Source of the DNA: a virus
Taxonomy: Duplodnaviria; Caudoviricetes
Reading direction: 5' to 3' (one strand)
Virus record (IMG/VR): IMGVR_UViG_3300022723_000184
Span: 64,001 to 128,000 of that record
Length of the DNA: 64,000 nucleotides
Each line of letters opens with the position of its first letter. The first letter of the stretch is position 1. The notes under the pieces were generated by a model. The model was given only the letters and a program-made list of their open reading frames with translations. It did not search any database and was not told where the DNA came from. Position numbers and translations under genes: made by a program. Shown in pieces: positions 7,490 to 17,339 of the stretch.

Positions 7490-8692
7490 GTGCTCTCCCT
7501 CTTCACTCCGACCCATGACCCGAAGCATCTCGAAGAAGCGTACGACTCCCTCCTGGTCCAGGACTACGAGGACTGGGAGTGGGTGTTGGTCCCCAATGGC
7601 GGCATGAAACAGCCGGTACCCGCCCGGGTCACGCAAGATCCCAGGGTCCGGCTGGTCGCCGATCCAAAGACCGACAAGATCGGGGCCCTCAAGAAACATG
7701 CCTGCGACCGCTGCCAGGGCGACGCGTTCATCGAGTTCGACCACGACGACCTGTTGGTGCCCGGGACCCTGGCCAAGATCGCCAAGGAGATTGAGGGCGG
7801 CGCGGGCTTCGTCTATTCGGACGCCGCGGTGTTCAACGACGGCAGCCTCAAGAGCTGGTCGTACAGCCCGACGCACGGTTGGGAGAGCTACGACCTACGG
7901 GTGTACGAGAAGCCCTTCCGGGCCACCAAGTGCTTTGAGCTGACGCCTCGCAGCCTGTGCGAGGTCTACTACGCCCCCGATCACGTCCGCGTCTGGAGCC
8001 GGGAGGCCTACGAGAAGACCGGGGGCCACAACCCGGACATGGGGGTGGCCGACGATCACGACCTGGTGTGCCGCACCTACCTGGCCGGCTTCGCGTTCGC
8101 CCACATCGGCTGCTGCGGTTATCTGTACCGGTACCACCAGAACAACACGGTCAAGGCCCGCAGCGACGACATTGCCCGGCTGCAGAACGCCAACCGGCAG
8201 CGGTACATGGCCCCACTGGCCGAGGAGTGGTCGAGGCGACAGGGGCTGAAGGTGATCGAGCTGCACGAGCTGTTCCGCTTGGGCAAGTGGGCCCCCGACA
8301 AGCCGATCCCGTGCGGCGACGGTGAGGCTGGGCAGGTGGTGGCCTGGGACGTCCTGCAGTTCTTCCCCCCGGGCCTTCAGGTGGCGGTGTTCAACGAGGT
8401 CTACCGGGTGCTGGCGCCGGCCGGGATCATGAACCTGGCGGTGCCCAGCTCCAATGGTCGGTACCAGGACCAGGACCCTCGCCACCGCACCCGGTTTAAC
8501 GAGAACAGCTTTCTCTATTACACGGTCAAGGACTTCGCTCGGGCCAATCCCGAGGTGGCCTGCAAGTTCCAGCTGGTCCAGGTCTACGATGGATTCCCGT
8601 CAGAGGAATACAAGAAGCACGACATGCGCGTGCTCTTCGCGGACTTATGCGCCCTCAAGGGGCAGAGACAGCCGGGACGAGTCCACATCTAG
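7490..8692 (+). CDS. GT2-family glycosyltransferase fused to a degenerate class I methyltransferase-like domain (400 aa)
   Basis: LSLFTPTH start, IEFDHDD DxD motif, ADDHDL acceptor motif; C-terminal DVLQF..EVYRVLAPAG..DP.H...FNENSFLYY. Confidence 0.75.
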   Translation: MLSLFTPTHDPKHLEEAYDSLLVQDYEDWEWVLVPNGGMKQPVPARVTQDPRVRLVADPKTDKIGALKKHACDRCQGDAFIEFDHDDLLVPGTLAKIAKEIEGGAGFVYSDAAVFNDGSLKSWSYSPTHGWESYDLRVYEKPFRATKCFELTPRSLCEVYYAPDHVRVWSREAYEKTGGHNPDMGVADDHDLVCRTYLAGFAFAHIGCCGYLYRYHQNNTVKARSDDIARLQNANRQRYMAPLAEEWSRRQGLKVIELHELFRLGKWAPDKPIPCGDGEAGQVVAWDVLQFFPPGLQVAVFNEVYRVLAPAGIMNLAVPSSNGRYQDQDPRHRTRFNENSFLYYTVKDFARANPEVACKFQLVQVYDGFPSEEYKKHDMRVLFADLCALKGQRQPGRVHI

Positions 8693-8713
8693 CTCGCCGT
8701 TCGGGACGGCCAG

Positions 8714-8722
8714 TGGTATAAT
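8714..8722 (+). promoter_or_regulatory. extended -10 TG-G-TATAAT
   Basis: Consensus hexamer plus TG, intergenic, flanked by GTGGT/GCCAC inverted repeat. Confidence 0.65.
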
Positions 8723-8758
8723 GCCACCAGGACTACGTTTGGCGAGTATCAGCGCAAT

Positions 8759-8786
8759 GCCCGCTCATCGGCCTGGAAGATGAGAC
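8759..8786 (+). promoter_or_regulatory. conserved hairpin motif copy 2: GCCCG-CTCATC-GGCCTGGAA-GATGAG-AC
   Basis: Perfect 6-bp stem immediately before the GGAGG RBS of 8799. Confidence 0.75.
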
Positions 8787-8798
8787 GCGGAGGCAAGG

Positions 8799-9158
8799 AT
8801 GCCCGATCTCTTTCCCATCTTGGACGACAAGCCTGAGACGTCCATCCGGGAGTTCGGGGAGATCGCCGCCCTGGCCGCGGATGCCACGGGCACGGTCCTC
8901 TCCTTTACCAACGCGGGTCCCGGTGTTGCCTGGATCGATGGCGTTCGTGGCGAGGGCGATGGCGACGCACGCTGGCAGCTGGTGATCGAGACCGTGGTTA
9001 AGGACTCGACCCGGACCAGCATTGCGACACCCAAGGCGGAGTTTTTGTTCCCAACGCCGCAGCGGTTGGAGGCCGGCGAGACCCTGGAGGTCAAGGTCAC
9101 CAACTGCATCGACGGCCTGGGCAAGTACAACGCCTCGCTCTTCGGCCACAGAGACTGA
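8799..9158 (+). CDS. hypothetical beta-sandwich protein (119 aa)
   Basis: GGAGG RBS, clean ORF, alternating hydrophobic beta-strand pattern. Confidence 0.6.
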   Translation: MPDLFPILDDKPETSIREFGEIAALAADATGTVLSFTNAGPGVAWIDGVRGEGDGDARWQLVIETVVKDSTRTSIATPKAEFLFPTPQRLEAGETLEVKVTNCIDGLGKYNASLFGHRD

Positions 9159-9160
9159 TC

Positions 9161-9472
9161 ATGGGAGACATCGTTCGCTCCGGCGACAACTCGCAGAAGA
9201 TCATCAAGGCCGACATCGGGCTGACGCTCAAACGGCTGCGGATCATGATCTCTGAGAAGGAGGTTCAGCTGGACGGGATCAACGTTCGTATCCAACAGCT
9301 CAAGAGCGTCGAGATTAAAAATCTGCAGCTGCAGCAGGACGTGATCGTCCGAGAGATTCAGGAGCTGAAGGTAGAGGCACAGGAGCTGACTCGGAAGGCG
9401 ATGGAGGAAGGTCGGGAGGACGCTATCATCGACGCCGAGTTTGAAGTGAAAGAAGATCAACCCACCGGTTAA
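9161..9472 (+). CDS. hypothetical coiled-coil protein (103 aa)
   Basis: Heptad pattern, tight gene packing. Confidence 0.6.
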   Translation: MGDIVRSGDNSQKIIKADIGLTLKRLRIMISEKEVQLDGINVRIQQLKSVEIKNLQLQQDVIVREIQELKVEAQELTRKAMEEGREDAIIDAEFEVKEDQPTG

Positions 9473-9503
9473 CGCCGGCTGACTGTTCAAGGAGGAACAG
9501 CTC

Positions 9504-10937
9504 ATGGTAGACATCCGAGCAGGCCAACGCGTCCGGATCTGGGACGACGACAACGATACAGAGGTGATGGTAGCCGTCCGCGACGTCGCGGCCGGCGGCG
9601 CCGAAGCCGGCATCACGGCCATGGCCGTCCGCGACGATGGCGGTGGCTCCCTGGTCTCGGCCGACGGTGACTACACCCCGCTCTCCGTCGACGCCAGCGG
9701 CAACCTCCGCGTGGTTGTGACCGGTGGCGGCAATGCCTCGGTCGCGGTCGATGACAGCGCGTTCACCCCGGCGACCGACTCGGTTACCGTGATCGGGGCG
9801 TTCGCCGACGAGACGACGCCCGATTCCGTGGATGAAGGCGACCTGGGTGCGGTCCGCATGACGCTCGACCGCCAGCTCCGCGTCCGTGTGGAGTCAGAGT
9901 ACCCCGAGTCGTCGACCCATTCGTCCGGCGACTTCGGCATTCTCAACCTCGCGGTCCGCAACGACGCCGGCACCCCGCTGGCCGCGGACGGCGAGTACAT
10001 CCCACTGACGACCAATGCCTCTGGCGACCTGCGGGTCGCGGTGGCCTCGGGTACGACCGCCCCGTCCAAGACTGACGACGACGCGTTCGCGATCGGCTCG
10101 GACCTGGTCAGTCCGTCCGGCTTCCTGGCCGACGAGACGGCCCCGGATTCCGTGGACGAGGGCGACGTGGGCCTGGCCCGCATGACCCTCGACCGTCGTC
10201 AGCTGATGGTCCTCACCGACGCGACCACCGAGTCGCAGCGGCTCGGGATCGACTCCGACGGCGAGCTGACGGTCAAGATCAACCAGACCGGCTCGAACAA
10301 CAATGTCCAGAACGACGAGACGATCGCCGACGATGCGGCGTTCGCCGTGGCCACGAGCCCTGTGTTCCCCATGGGCGCCCTGGCCGACGAGACGGCCCCG
10401 GACTCCGTGGACGAGGGGGACATCGGCGCTCCCCGCATGACCCTGGACCGGAAGCTCCTGGTTCGCGTCGTGGGTTCGACGGACGCCAACCGCCTGGAGG
10501 TTACGGCCTCGGGTGCCGTTCACACCAACCTCTCGGAGGTCAACGGCGCCACTCACAGCGAGACCAACCCGGTCTTCGTCCAGGTGGTGAGCACCGCGGT
10601 CAGCGGCAGCGAGATCCACGACTACAGCGTGGCGACCGTGGCCAAGGACGCGACGGACAACCACGACTACACCGTGGCCAACAGCACGTTCTTGCTCAAG
10701 AGCGTGGCGGTGACGGCCTCGGGCGCGATGAAGGCCGAGATCCAAACCGGCCCGGTGGCCGGTTTGGCGACGGTGGCCGTGATCTTCACCAGCCCGAGCA
10801 ACCCGTTCAACCAGATCTTCTTCGACCCGCCGGTCGAGGTCCCGGTGGCCTCCACGGGCACGGTCCGGGTGATCCGGCGGAACGATGACAACCAGAGCCA
10901 GGACCTGTACTCTACGATCATCGGCAACGACGTCTGA
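9504..10937 (+). CDS. repetitive virion fibre/appendage protein (477 aa)
   Basis: AAGGAGG RBS; three ADET.PDSVDEGD.G..RMTLDR repeats (9804, 10128, 10383) and two AVRND/AVRDD..G.LV..DG.Y.PL..DASG.LRV repeats; beta-sandwich C-terminus. Confidence 0.6.
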   Translation: MVDIRAGQRVRIWDDDNDTEVMVAVRDVAAGGAEAGITAMAVRDDGGGSLVSADGDYTPLSVDASGNLRVVVTGGGNASVAVDDSAFTPATDSVTVIGAFADETTPDSVDEGDLGAVRMTLDRQLRVRVESEYPESSTHSSGDFGILNLAVRNDAGTPLAADGEYIPLTTNASGDLRVAVASGTTAPSKTDDDAFAIGSDLVSPSGFLADETAPDSVDEGDVGLARMTLDRRQLMVLTDATTESQRLGIDSDGELTVKINQTGSNNNVQNDETIADDAAFAVATSPVFPMGALADETAPDSVDEGDIGAPRMTLDRKLLVRVVGSTDANRLEVTASGAVHTNLSEVNGATHSETNPVFVQVVSTAVSGSEIHDYSVATVAKDATDNHDYTVANSTFLLKSVAVTASGAMKAEIQTGPVAGLATVAVIFTSPSNPFNQIFFDPPVEVPVASTGTVRVIRRNDDNQSQDLYSTIIGNDV

Positions 10938-10981
10938 TAGGCGGGTGTCGGCCGATGCCAATCTCTTAGGAAGGATTTGTC

Positions 10982-11233
10982 ATGGCCGACATCCGAAGGA
11001 ACGACGACGAGCCTGGAGAGCAGCACGACCCCGTCCAGGTCGAGAAGAAGACGACCAAGAAGGACATCGACCTGGACGAACCCAAGGACTCTTTCAGGGA
11101 GATCCAGTTGAAGCTGCCTGAGACGGGCAACCTCGACGTCGTCCAGATCGAGCTGCTGGCCACGATCAACAAGCAGCTGTCGGAACTGATCAAGCTGAAC
11201 GACCGGATCGCCAAGGCCCTGGAAGCCAAGTAA
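10982..11233 (+). CDS. hypothetical protein with C-terminal coiled coil (83 aa)
   Basis: AGGAAGG RBS, clean ORF. Confidence 0.55.
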   Translation: MADIRRNDDEPGEQHDPVQVEKKTTKKDIDLDEPKDSFREIQLKLPETGNLDVVQIELLATINKQLSELIKLNDRIAKALEAK

Positions 11234-11245
11234 GGATGATGGCCC

Positions 11246-11653
11246 ATGGCCGACCTGCCACGCAGCGAAGGCGTCGAGACCAACATCAGTGGCCTGAACG
11301 AGGTCGGCACCGATGAGCGGCGTGCGGGTGTCACCGACCTTCTGGAGTTGAAGGTCGATGACGGGCCGGGCGACAACGTGCTGCACGGGAAGACGACTGT
11401 TACCACCGCGGGGACGGCCGTCTCCGTTATGGGGGCGGCCACCGCCACCCGGTCCATCACCATCCGGGCCAACCGAACCAACTCCCTCAGTTCGATCATC
11501 TACGTTGGCGGCTCGACGGTCAGCTCGACCGATGGCTTCGAGCTGGGCCGTGGGCAATCGGTGACCTTGGACGTCGACAACAGCCAGGACGAGATCTACA
11601 TCGACACCAACGTGAACGGCTCAGGCGTCAGCTGGATCGCCGTGGACAAGTAA
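11246..11653 (+). CDS. small beta-sandwich virion protein (135 aa)
   Basis: SITIRAN..N...IYVGGSTVS...G.EL..GQSVTL pattern common in phage panacea/decoration-type jelly-roll domains. Confidence 0.55.
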   Translation: MADLPRSEGVETNISGLNEVGTDERRAGVTDLLELKVDDGPGDNVLHGKTTVTTAGTAVSVMGAATATRSITIRANRTNSLSSIIYVGGSTVSSTDGFELGRGQSVTLDVDNSQDEIYIDTNVNGSGVSWIAVDK

Positions 11654-11656
11654 CGC

Positions 11657-12790
11657 ATGCCAGGAACTCGATCGACCGACGGTCTTGACGCAGTCGGTCT
11701 CATCCTTGGGGATGGGACCATTGTCGACATCGGCCCGGTTGCCGACGGCGAGGTGTTGCAGCGATCGGGCTCGCAGATCTTGGGGGCCGTCGTCGACCCG
11801 CGACTGGCCGCCGAATACTACTTCCTGGCCGACTTTCTGGAGAACATCAACCCGGCGGGCACCGACTGGGCGGTGAACGCGCTCTCCGAATTGTTGCCTG
11901 ACCCTTTCAACAACGGTATTCCTGTTCGACACTTTGACGATTCGGTGGAAGAAGGAGCCGGACTCACGCTCCGCATCCCGGGCGAGGCTGGACAAGTTAC
12001 GTTTGACCTGACGGCCCGGGCCTTGGCTACGGGCGGCGGTGACGTGCAGTGGAACCTGTACTGGAGAGAGATCACGGATGGCGCCGCTACAGGGGCCTGG
12101 TCTGCAGGCGTACCGTTCGCCACCCACAACTTCGAGCCCAACAACAACTGGTCGCGGGTCAGCGGTACGTTCGACCTGAGCGGTTCTGGGTTGAACGCGG
12201 GCAGTACATACCAGTTCGAGTTGACTCGTGACGGTACCGCCGGTGCCGATGATCTGGTGTCGGACGTCCTGCTCTACGACATCCGCGTGAGGTTCGACGC
12301 CGCCAAGTTCCGGCAGTACTTCGCCGGTCACTTCTCGACGCCAAAGAACGCCGACTGGGCGGTGAACGCGTTTGCCCCTGAGGACATCGATGACATCAGC
12401 GCAGCCCTCAACGTTCGATACTTTGACGACACGGACGAGGAGGGCGTGGGCTTCGAGGAGCGTGTTCCTACCTGGGCCAAGACCCTGAAGCTCGACTTCC
12501 AGTCCCGCGCCCAGGCCACGGGCGGCGGGGACGTCGCCCTCAACCTGTACTACCGCAAGATCGAGGCGGGCGGGACGACCGGGGCCTGGTCGTCGGCCTT
12601 TTCGCTGACGGACCTGACCTTCGGGGCGAACACCAACTGGGCTGACGACACGCAGCTGATTGCCTTGAGTACATTGGGCATTGACGCAGGCTCCCCCTAC
12701 CAGTTCCAGCTGACGCGTAACGGCGGGGACGCGGGCGACACCCTGGTGAGCGACTGGCTTCTCCATGAAATGGATGTGACCTGGATCTAA
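11657..12790 (+). CDS. tandem jelly-roll (carbohydrate-binding-like) domain protein (377 aa)
   Basis: Two copies of DWAVNA...FDD..EEG.G...DV...LY.R...G....WS...YQF.LTR...D.LVSD.LL; third copy at the C-terminus of 15408-17339. Confidence 0.6.
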   Translation: MPGTRSTDGLDAVGLILGDGTIVDIGPVADGEVLQRSGSQILGAVVDPRLAAEYYFLADFLENINPAGTDWAVNALSELLPDPFNNGIPVRHFDDSVEEGAGLTLRIPGEAGQVTFDLTARALATGGGDVQWNLYWREITDGAATGAWSAGVPFATHNFEPNNNWSRVSGTFDLSGSGLNAGSTYQFELTRDGTAGADDLVSDVLLYDIRVRFDAAKFRQYFAGHFSTPKNADWAVNAFAPEDIDDISAALNVRYFDDTDEEGVGFEERVPTWAKTLKLDFQSRAQATGGGDVALNLYYRKIEAGGTTGAWSSAFSLTDLTFGANTNWADDTQLIALSTLGIDAGSPYQFQLTRNGGDAGDTLVSDWLLHEMDVTWI

Positions 12791-12792
12791 CG

Positions 12793-13488
12793 ATGGCGGC
12801 TAACTTCGTTTCAGGCAGCTCGCAGTACCTTCAGCTCGATTCCGGGCTGGTGACGCCGCTCGGCGCTACGGCCTCGGTAGCGCTATGGTTCCGCACGACT
12901 CAGGCGGGCAGTGGCAGCTTTTGGGAGTGGCCCGGCCCCGGCGTCGGTGTTGAGTCGGCCGGCGACGGCAACGACTACTTCTACGGGATCATCGACACGT
13001 CCGGGCACCTGGTGATGAAGAACGGCGACGACGTGCAGAGCGTGTCGTTGGCCCCGGTCAACGCCGGCAACTGGCATCATGCAGTGATGGTCCGTGACAT
13101 CCCGAGCCTTGACGTGCGGCTGTCGGTCGACGGCGTTTTGCAAGAGCAGAACGTGCCAACGGACACCGCGACCAAGACCACCGACACCAGCAGCATCGGT
13201 CGTTTCGAGGACACCGGAGGTACCCCGGCCTACTACAACGGCGACCTCGACGACTTAAGGATCTACAGCCGCGCGATTTCCCCCGACGAGGCCCTGTCGC
13301 TATTCACCTATAACGGTGCGGACACCATCCGCCAGGACATGGTCTTTCGTTGGCGATTTAACGAGAGCCACGCTGGTCAGGTAATGGGCGGCGTGAAAAA
13401 CGAGACTCAAACGCCTAACGATGGAGCCGGCGTAAACTCTCCGATCTATACCGCCGGTTTTACCAAATGGCGGAGGCGGGTAGCGTGA
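12793..13488 (+). CDS. LamG/concanavalin A-like domain protein (231 aa)
   Basis: WHHAVMV, LSVDGVL, IGR..., G.LDDLRIYSRAIS..E motifs. Confidence 0.8.
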   Translation: MAANFVSGSSQYLQLDSGLVTPLGATASVALWFRTTQAGSGSFWEWPGPGVGVESAGDGNDYFYGIIDTSGHLVMKNGDDVQSVSLAPVNAGNWHHAVMVRDIPSLDVRLSVDGVLQEQNVPTDTATKTTDTSSIGRFEDTGGTPAYYNGDLDDLRIYSRAISPDEALSLFTYNGADTIRQDMVFRWRFNESHAGQVMGGVKNETQTPNDGAGVNSPIYTAGFTKWRRRVA

Positions 13489-14282
13489 GCATCGACTTCA
13501 TTCCCAACTCCAGTGTCTTGATGGGCCTGAACATGCCCTTCGCCCAGAACGTGTCTGGCGGCACGCTCATGGGCTGGGTCGAGCTAGACGCGTTGCCTGC
13601 TTCGGGTACCGACAGCTTCAACTCGATCTCGATTAACAACGGCGGGGCTGGTACCGCCAGTAGCCGGTTCAACATGGATGTGCAGAGCAACGGAGCGATC
13701 CGTGCCGGATACCGGACAGGCGACGGAGGCGCATTCCAAACTGTTTCGTCGGCAGCGGGTGTCGCGGTGGTTGGCGAGCGGGCTCATTTCTCGGTGACCG
13801 TAGACCTGCCGACGGGCGCCGTGGTGATTTACAAGGACGGCGTACAGGTGGCGACGGGGACCGGCGCGACCGCGGCAGCCTGGCCCGATACGACCAGCGA
13901 CAACAGTCGCATTGCTTCAAACGACCAGTCCAACGGCGAGTTCGTCGACGGCCGGATTGAGGACTACCGCCTGTATCACCGCGTGCTCAGCCAGGAAGAG
14001 ATTGCGGCGATTGCTACTGGAAACGGCCAGGACGGGATTGTGGATACAATGGTGTTTCGGTGGGAGATGCACGGCGAACGCGAGGCCGTGGCGCCCGAGA
14101 CACTCGGAACAGAGACGGGCGGCAACGAGGTCGGTACCGAGGCGTCCGACCAGATCGGCATTGCCGGATCGGGCGACGTGCTTGACGTCTCGAACAACAA
14201 GTACATCGGCCTCGGCGAGGAGCCGACCAACACTCCGCTAAGGCACTTCCGGTTCACCCGGTCGGTTAGGAGAACAGCATAA
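13485..14282 (+). CDS. LamG/concanavalin A-like domain protein (265 aa, GTG start)
   Basis: GGAGG RBS overlapping the previous gene end; IYKDGVQV and DGRIEDYRLYHRVLS.EEI motifs. Confidence 0.8.
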   Translation: MSIDFIPNSSVLMGLNMPFAQNVSGGTLMGWVELDALPASGTDSFNSISINNGGAGTASSRFNMDVQSNGAIRAGYRTGDGGAFQTVSSAAGVAVVGERAHFSVTVDLPTGAVVIYKDGVQVATGTGATAAAWPDTTSDNSRIASNDQSNGEFVDGRIEDYRLYHRVLSQEEIAAIATGNGQDGIVDTMVFRWEMHGEREAVAPETLGTETGGNEVGTEASDQIGIAGSGDVLDVSNNKYIGLGEEPTNTPLRHFRFTRSVRRTA

Positions 14283-14923
14283 TGGCGACCGTGCTCAAAA
14301 AAGACATGACCCAGATCCATCGGTCGGCCCCGACCCACAAGTTCCCGACCAAGGACTGGTTCATCAACCCTGACCTTACGGCTGTGGACGGTGTCCCAAT
14401 GAAGTACTGGAAGGACAGCGGCAACGTCAACGGCCGAGGTCAGGCCATCATCGAGCCAATGGTCAAGGGCGAGCAAGACGCTGTCGATGCTGCCAGGCTT
14501 CCTGCGTACAAACTGACCCGTATGAACCAGATCGACCAGAAGACCGGCGAGCTGATCGGCGAAGGCTTTGACTTCGACGATCATCACTTCTCGCTGTCGC
14601 AGAACGCCCAGATCAAGTGGTCTGGCCTCAAGCAGTTCTACGACGCCGGCATCATCCAGTTGCCTCGCAAGATCTCGACGGCCGAAGACCCGGACCGCGT
14701 CGAGTACGAGATCAACCCTGGGAACATCCCCGCCTTCTACATGGAGGGCGTGGCGACGTACGAGGCGATCGTTGACAGCGGCCGGGAGCTGAAGGTCTTG
14801 GTGTCCGCCGCCACGACGCCCGACGAGGTCGACGCGGTGGTCGACGATCGGACCCGGGAGAACTTGCAGAGCCGGATCGACGCGAAACTTGGGCAGTCGG
14901 TTTCAGATTCGGGCGGAAGATAA
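14282..14923 (+). CDS. fibre assembly chaperone-like protein (DUF4376-like C-terminal half; 213 aa)
   Basis: PDL.AV.GVP..YW N-terminus and R...ID.KT.ELI..GF.F....FSLS..AQ pattern; family call from memory. Confidence 0.45.
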   Translation: MATVLKKDMTQIHRSAPTHKFPTKDWFINPDLTAVDGVPMKYWKDSGNVNGRGQAIIEPMVKGEQDAVDAARLPAYKLTRMNQIDQKTGELIGEGFDFDDHHFSLSQNAQIKWSGLKQFYDAGIIQLPRKISTAEDPDRVEYEINPGNIPAFYMEGVATYEAIVDSGRELKVLVSAATTPDEVDAVVDDRTRENLQSRIDAKLGQSVSDSGGR

Positions 14924-14943
14924 CCAGAGCGTAGAGGTCAAGG

Positions 14944-15408
14944 ATGGCCATTGTCCCCATTTCAAGTTTGCCTGCGGCTTCTGCCCTCGACGGGACGGAG
15001 GAGATCGCTGCGAACCAGGGCGGGACTACGGTCAAGGTCACAGCCGAGCAGCTGGCTCAGCTGCAACCCAACCGCAACACGGTTACGACCTCCGACGCCA
15101 CCCTGACCACGATCGCCACGATCCCGCTGACCGACAACACGGTCTACTTCATCAACGTGGACATCGTGGCCCGACGTACCGACGCTCCGGACCGGGCCGT
15201 GTACAAGCGGTACCGAGCCTTCTACCGAGAGGGTGGCGGTGGGGCGACGGCGCTCGGCGCCATGCGTAACCGGTTCACCGAAGAGTCGGACACGAGCTGG
15301 ACTGTGCAGATGAACGTCTCTGGTAACAACGTACTGATCCAGGTGCAGGGGGCCGCGGCCAAGAACGTGAACTGGGCGGCCAACTACAGCGTGCAGGAGG
15401 TCGGCTGA
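14944..15408 (+). CDS. small virion protein with ISSLPAA adaptor N-terminus (154 aa)
   Basis: N-terminal ~35 aa match 5860-7107 (IS.LPAA..L.GTEE....QGG....V). Confidence 0.6.
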   Translation: MAIVPISSLPAASALDGTEEIAANQGGTTVKVTAEQLAQLQPNRNTVTTSDATLTTIATIPLTDNTVYFINVDIVARRTDAPDRAVYKRYRAFYREGGGGATALGAMRNRFTEESDTSWTVQMNVSGNNVLIQVQGAAAKNVNWAANYSVQEVG

Positions 15409-17339
15409 TGGCGGTTATCAGTGTCAACGATCTCGGCGATCACGTTCACGTTGTTCTGGTCGACCACGACCCGGAGAGCGTGGCGACCGACGCGCCCCTC
15501 GGCTCATTTATTGTCGAGACATCGACCGGTGACTGGTTTCACAAGAACGACAACGGCAGCTCGACAAACGTCACCCTGGTCAGTCCGTCGCCGGCCCCCG
15601 GCGGCGTGGCGGGCGGCGACCTGACTGGTACCTACCCGAACCCCACGGTCGCGGCCGACGCGGTGACCAACGCCAAGCTCGCGAACATGGCGGCGAACAC
15701 TGTTAAGGCCAACGCCACGGCCGGTGCGGCAGACCCCGCTGACTTGGCGGTAGGTACGAACACAGTTGTCGGCCGGGCGGCGGGCAACATCGTCGCCGCG
15801 CAACTCGTAACGGCTCAGATGGCGGACAACGCCGTCACCAACGCCAAGATCCGGGATTCGGCTGCCCTATCGGTGATCGGCCGCTCGGCCAACTCTACGG
15901 GCGACCCGGCGGACATCGCGGCGGGCACCGACGGTCATGTTCTGCGGCGAAGCGGTACTGCGCTAGGCTTTGGCACGGTGGCGACCGGGGGTATCGCCGA
16001 CAACGCGATCACCAACGCCAAGCTCAATGACATGGCCGCCAACACGATCAAGGCCAACCCCACCGCGGGCACGGCAGATCCCCAGAACCTGGCGGTCGGC
16101 ACGAACAGCGTCCTTGGCCGCGTGGCCGGTAACATCGTGGCGGCCCAGCTCGTCAGCGCTCAGGTGGCCAACGACGCTATCGGCAACACCAAGCTCGCCA
16201 ACATGGCCAACGCCACCATTAAGGGGCGGACCACGGCGGGCACCGGCGACCCTGAGGACCTGACCGCGGCCCAGGTCGTGGCCATTCTCAACACAACACT
16301 CAACGGCGAGTACCTTCGCCTGGACGGTACGACCACGATGACCGGCGACCTGTCGGTTAGCGCCGATGGTTCAACAACAGGCGCGCCGCGCGTCGTGGGT
16401 TTCGTCGATCTCACGTCGGGCGAGGCGTGTCGTATTCAGTTCGGTGACACCAGCAACGTCTGGCAGAACAGCCATGGCGGCGCCATGACGATGCACGCCT
16501 ACCACACGATCGAGATTCTGGGCAACCAGAACGGCGCGGTCGGCGGGTTCAGCACGCGGTCCGATGTCGGCGTGTACATGAAGCCGGGCAGCGCAACGGC
16601 CGCCCATCGATCGGCGGCGATTGCCCGGGGCAGTATCGGACAGACCGGCGCCCTGCTGGAGTTCCTCGACGAGTCGGACGTGGCCCTGCCCTTCTCGGTC
16701 CTGGCCGACGGTGAGATTGACGGGGACATCGTCGACATCACGTACACCCCGAGCAACTACGAGCCGGACACTACGCCGGCTGAGGCCTCGGACGCCGACG
16801 ACCTGACAGCTCACCTGGCGGGCATCGACAACAAGCTTGCGACGATCGTCGAGAAGTATTACGCCGATCAACTCGACTTCCCGGTGAACAGTGACTGGGC
16901 GGTTAACGCGAGGGCCGCGGCGGCCGTCGACAGCAACAACAACGGGATCAAGGTCCGGCTCTTCGACGACACGACCGACGAGGGCGTAGGCTTTAACACC
17001 CGGATCCCGGCCGGGGCCACGGGCTTTAACATACACACCGTGAGCCGCGCCGAGGCCACGCCGGCCGGGGCCGTGGCCGTTCGCCGCCAGCTCTACGCCC
17101 GCGATTTCCCGGACAACGCCGCGGTCGGCAGCTGGAACAGCACGGCGCTCGCCGACGCTGCCTTCACGACCAATGAACTGTGGCAGTACGACACCGACAG
17201 CGTCGCCCTCGCCTCGCTGAGTCTGACGGCCGGCGAGGAGATCCAGTTCGAGTTGGTGCGGGACGCCGACCACGCCAACGACACGCTGGTCAGCGACTGG
17301 GCGTTGTACAGCATCATGATCGAATGGACTTTCGACTGA
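15408..17339 (+). CDS. trimeric fibre protein with TNAKL repeats and C-terminal jelly-roll domain (643 aa)
   Basis: Four (D/N)A(V/I)(T/G)N(A/T)K(L/I) repeats at about 15655-16215, YLRLDG...MTGDL knuckle, DWAVNA domain at the end. Confidence 0.65.
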   Translation: MAVISVNDLGDHVHVVLVDHDPESVATDAPLGSFIVETSTGDWFHKNDNGSSTNVTLVSPSPAPGGVAGGDLTGTYPNPTVAADAVTNAKLANMAANTVKANATAGAADPADLAVGTNTVVGRAAGNIVAAQLVTAQMADNAVTNAKIRDSAALSVIGRSANSTGDPADIAAGTDGHVLRRSGTALGFGTVATGGIADNAITNAKLNDMAANTIKANPTAGTADPQNLAVGTNSVLGRVAGNIVAAQLVSAQVANDAIGNTKLANMANATIKGRTTAGTGDPEDLTAAQVVAILNTTLNGEYLRLDGTTTMTGDLSVSADGSTTGAPRVVGFVDLTSGEACRIQFGDTSNVWQNSHGGAMTMHAYHTIEILGNQNGAVGGFSTRSDVGVYMKPGSATAAHRSAAIARGSIGQTGALLEFLDESDVALPFSVLADGEIDGDIVDITYTPSNYEPDTTPAEASDADDLTAHLAGIDNKLATIVEKYYADQLDFPVNSDWAVNARAAAAVDSNNNGIKVRLFDDTTDEGVGFNTRIPAGATGFNIHTVSRAEATPAGAVAVRRQLYARDFPDNAAVGSWNSTALADAAFTTNELWQYDTDSVALASLSLTAGEEIQFELVRDADHANDTLVSDWALYSIMIEWTFD

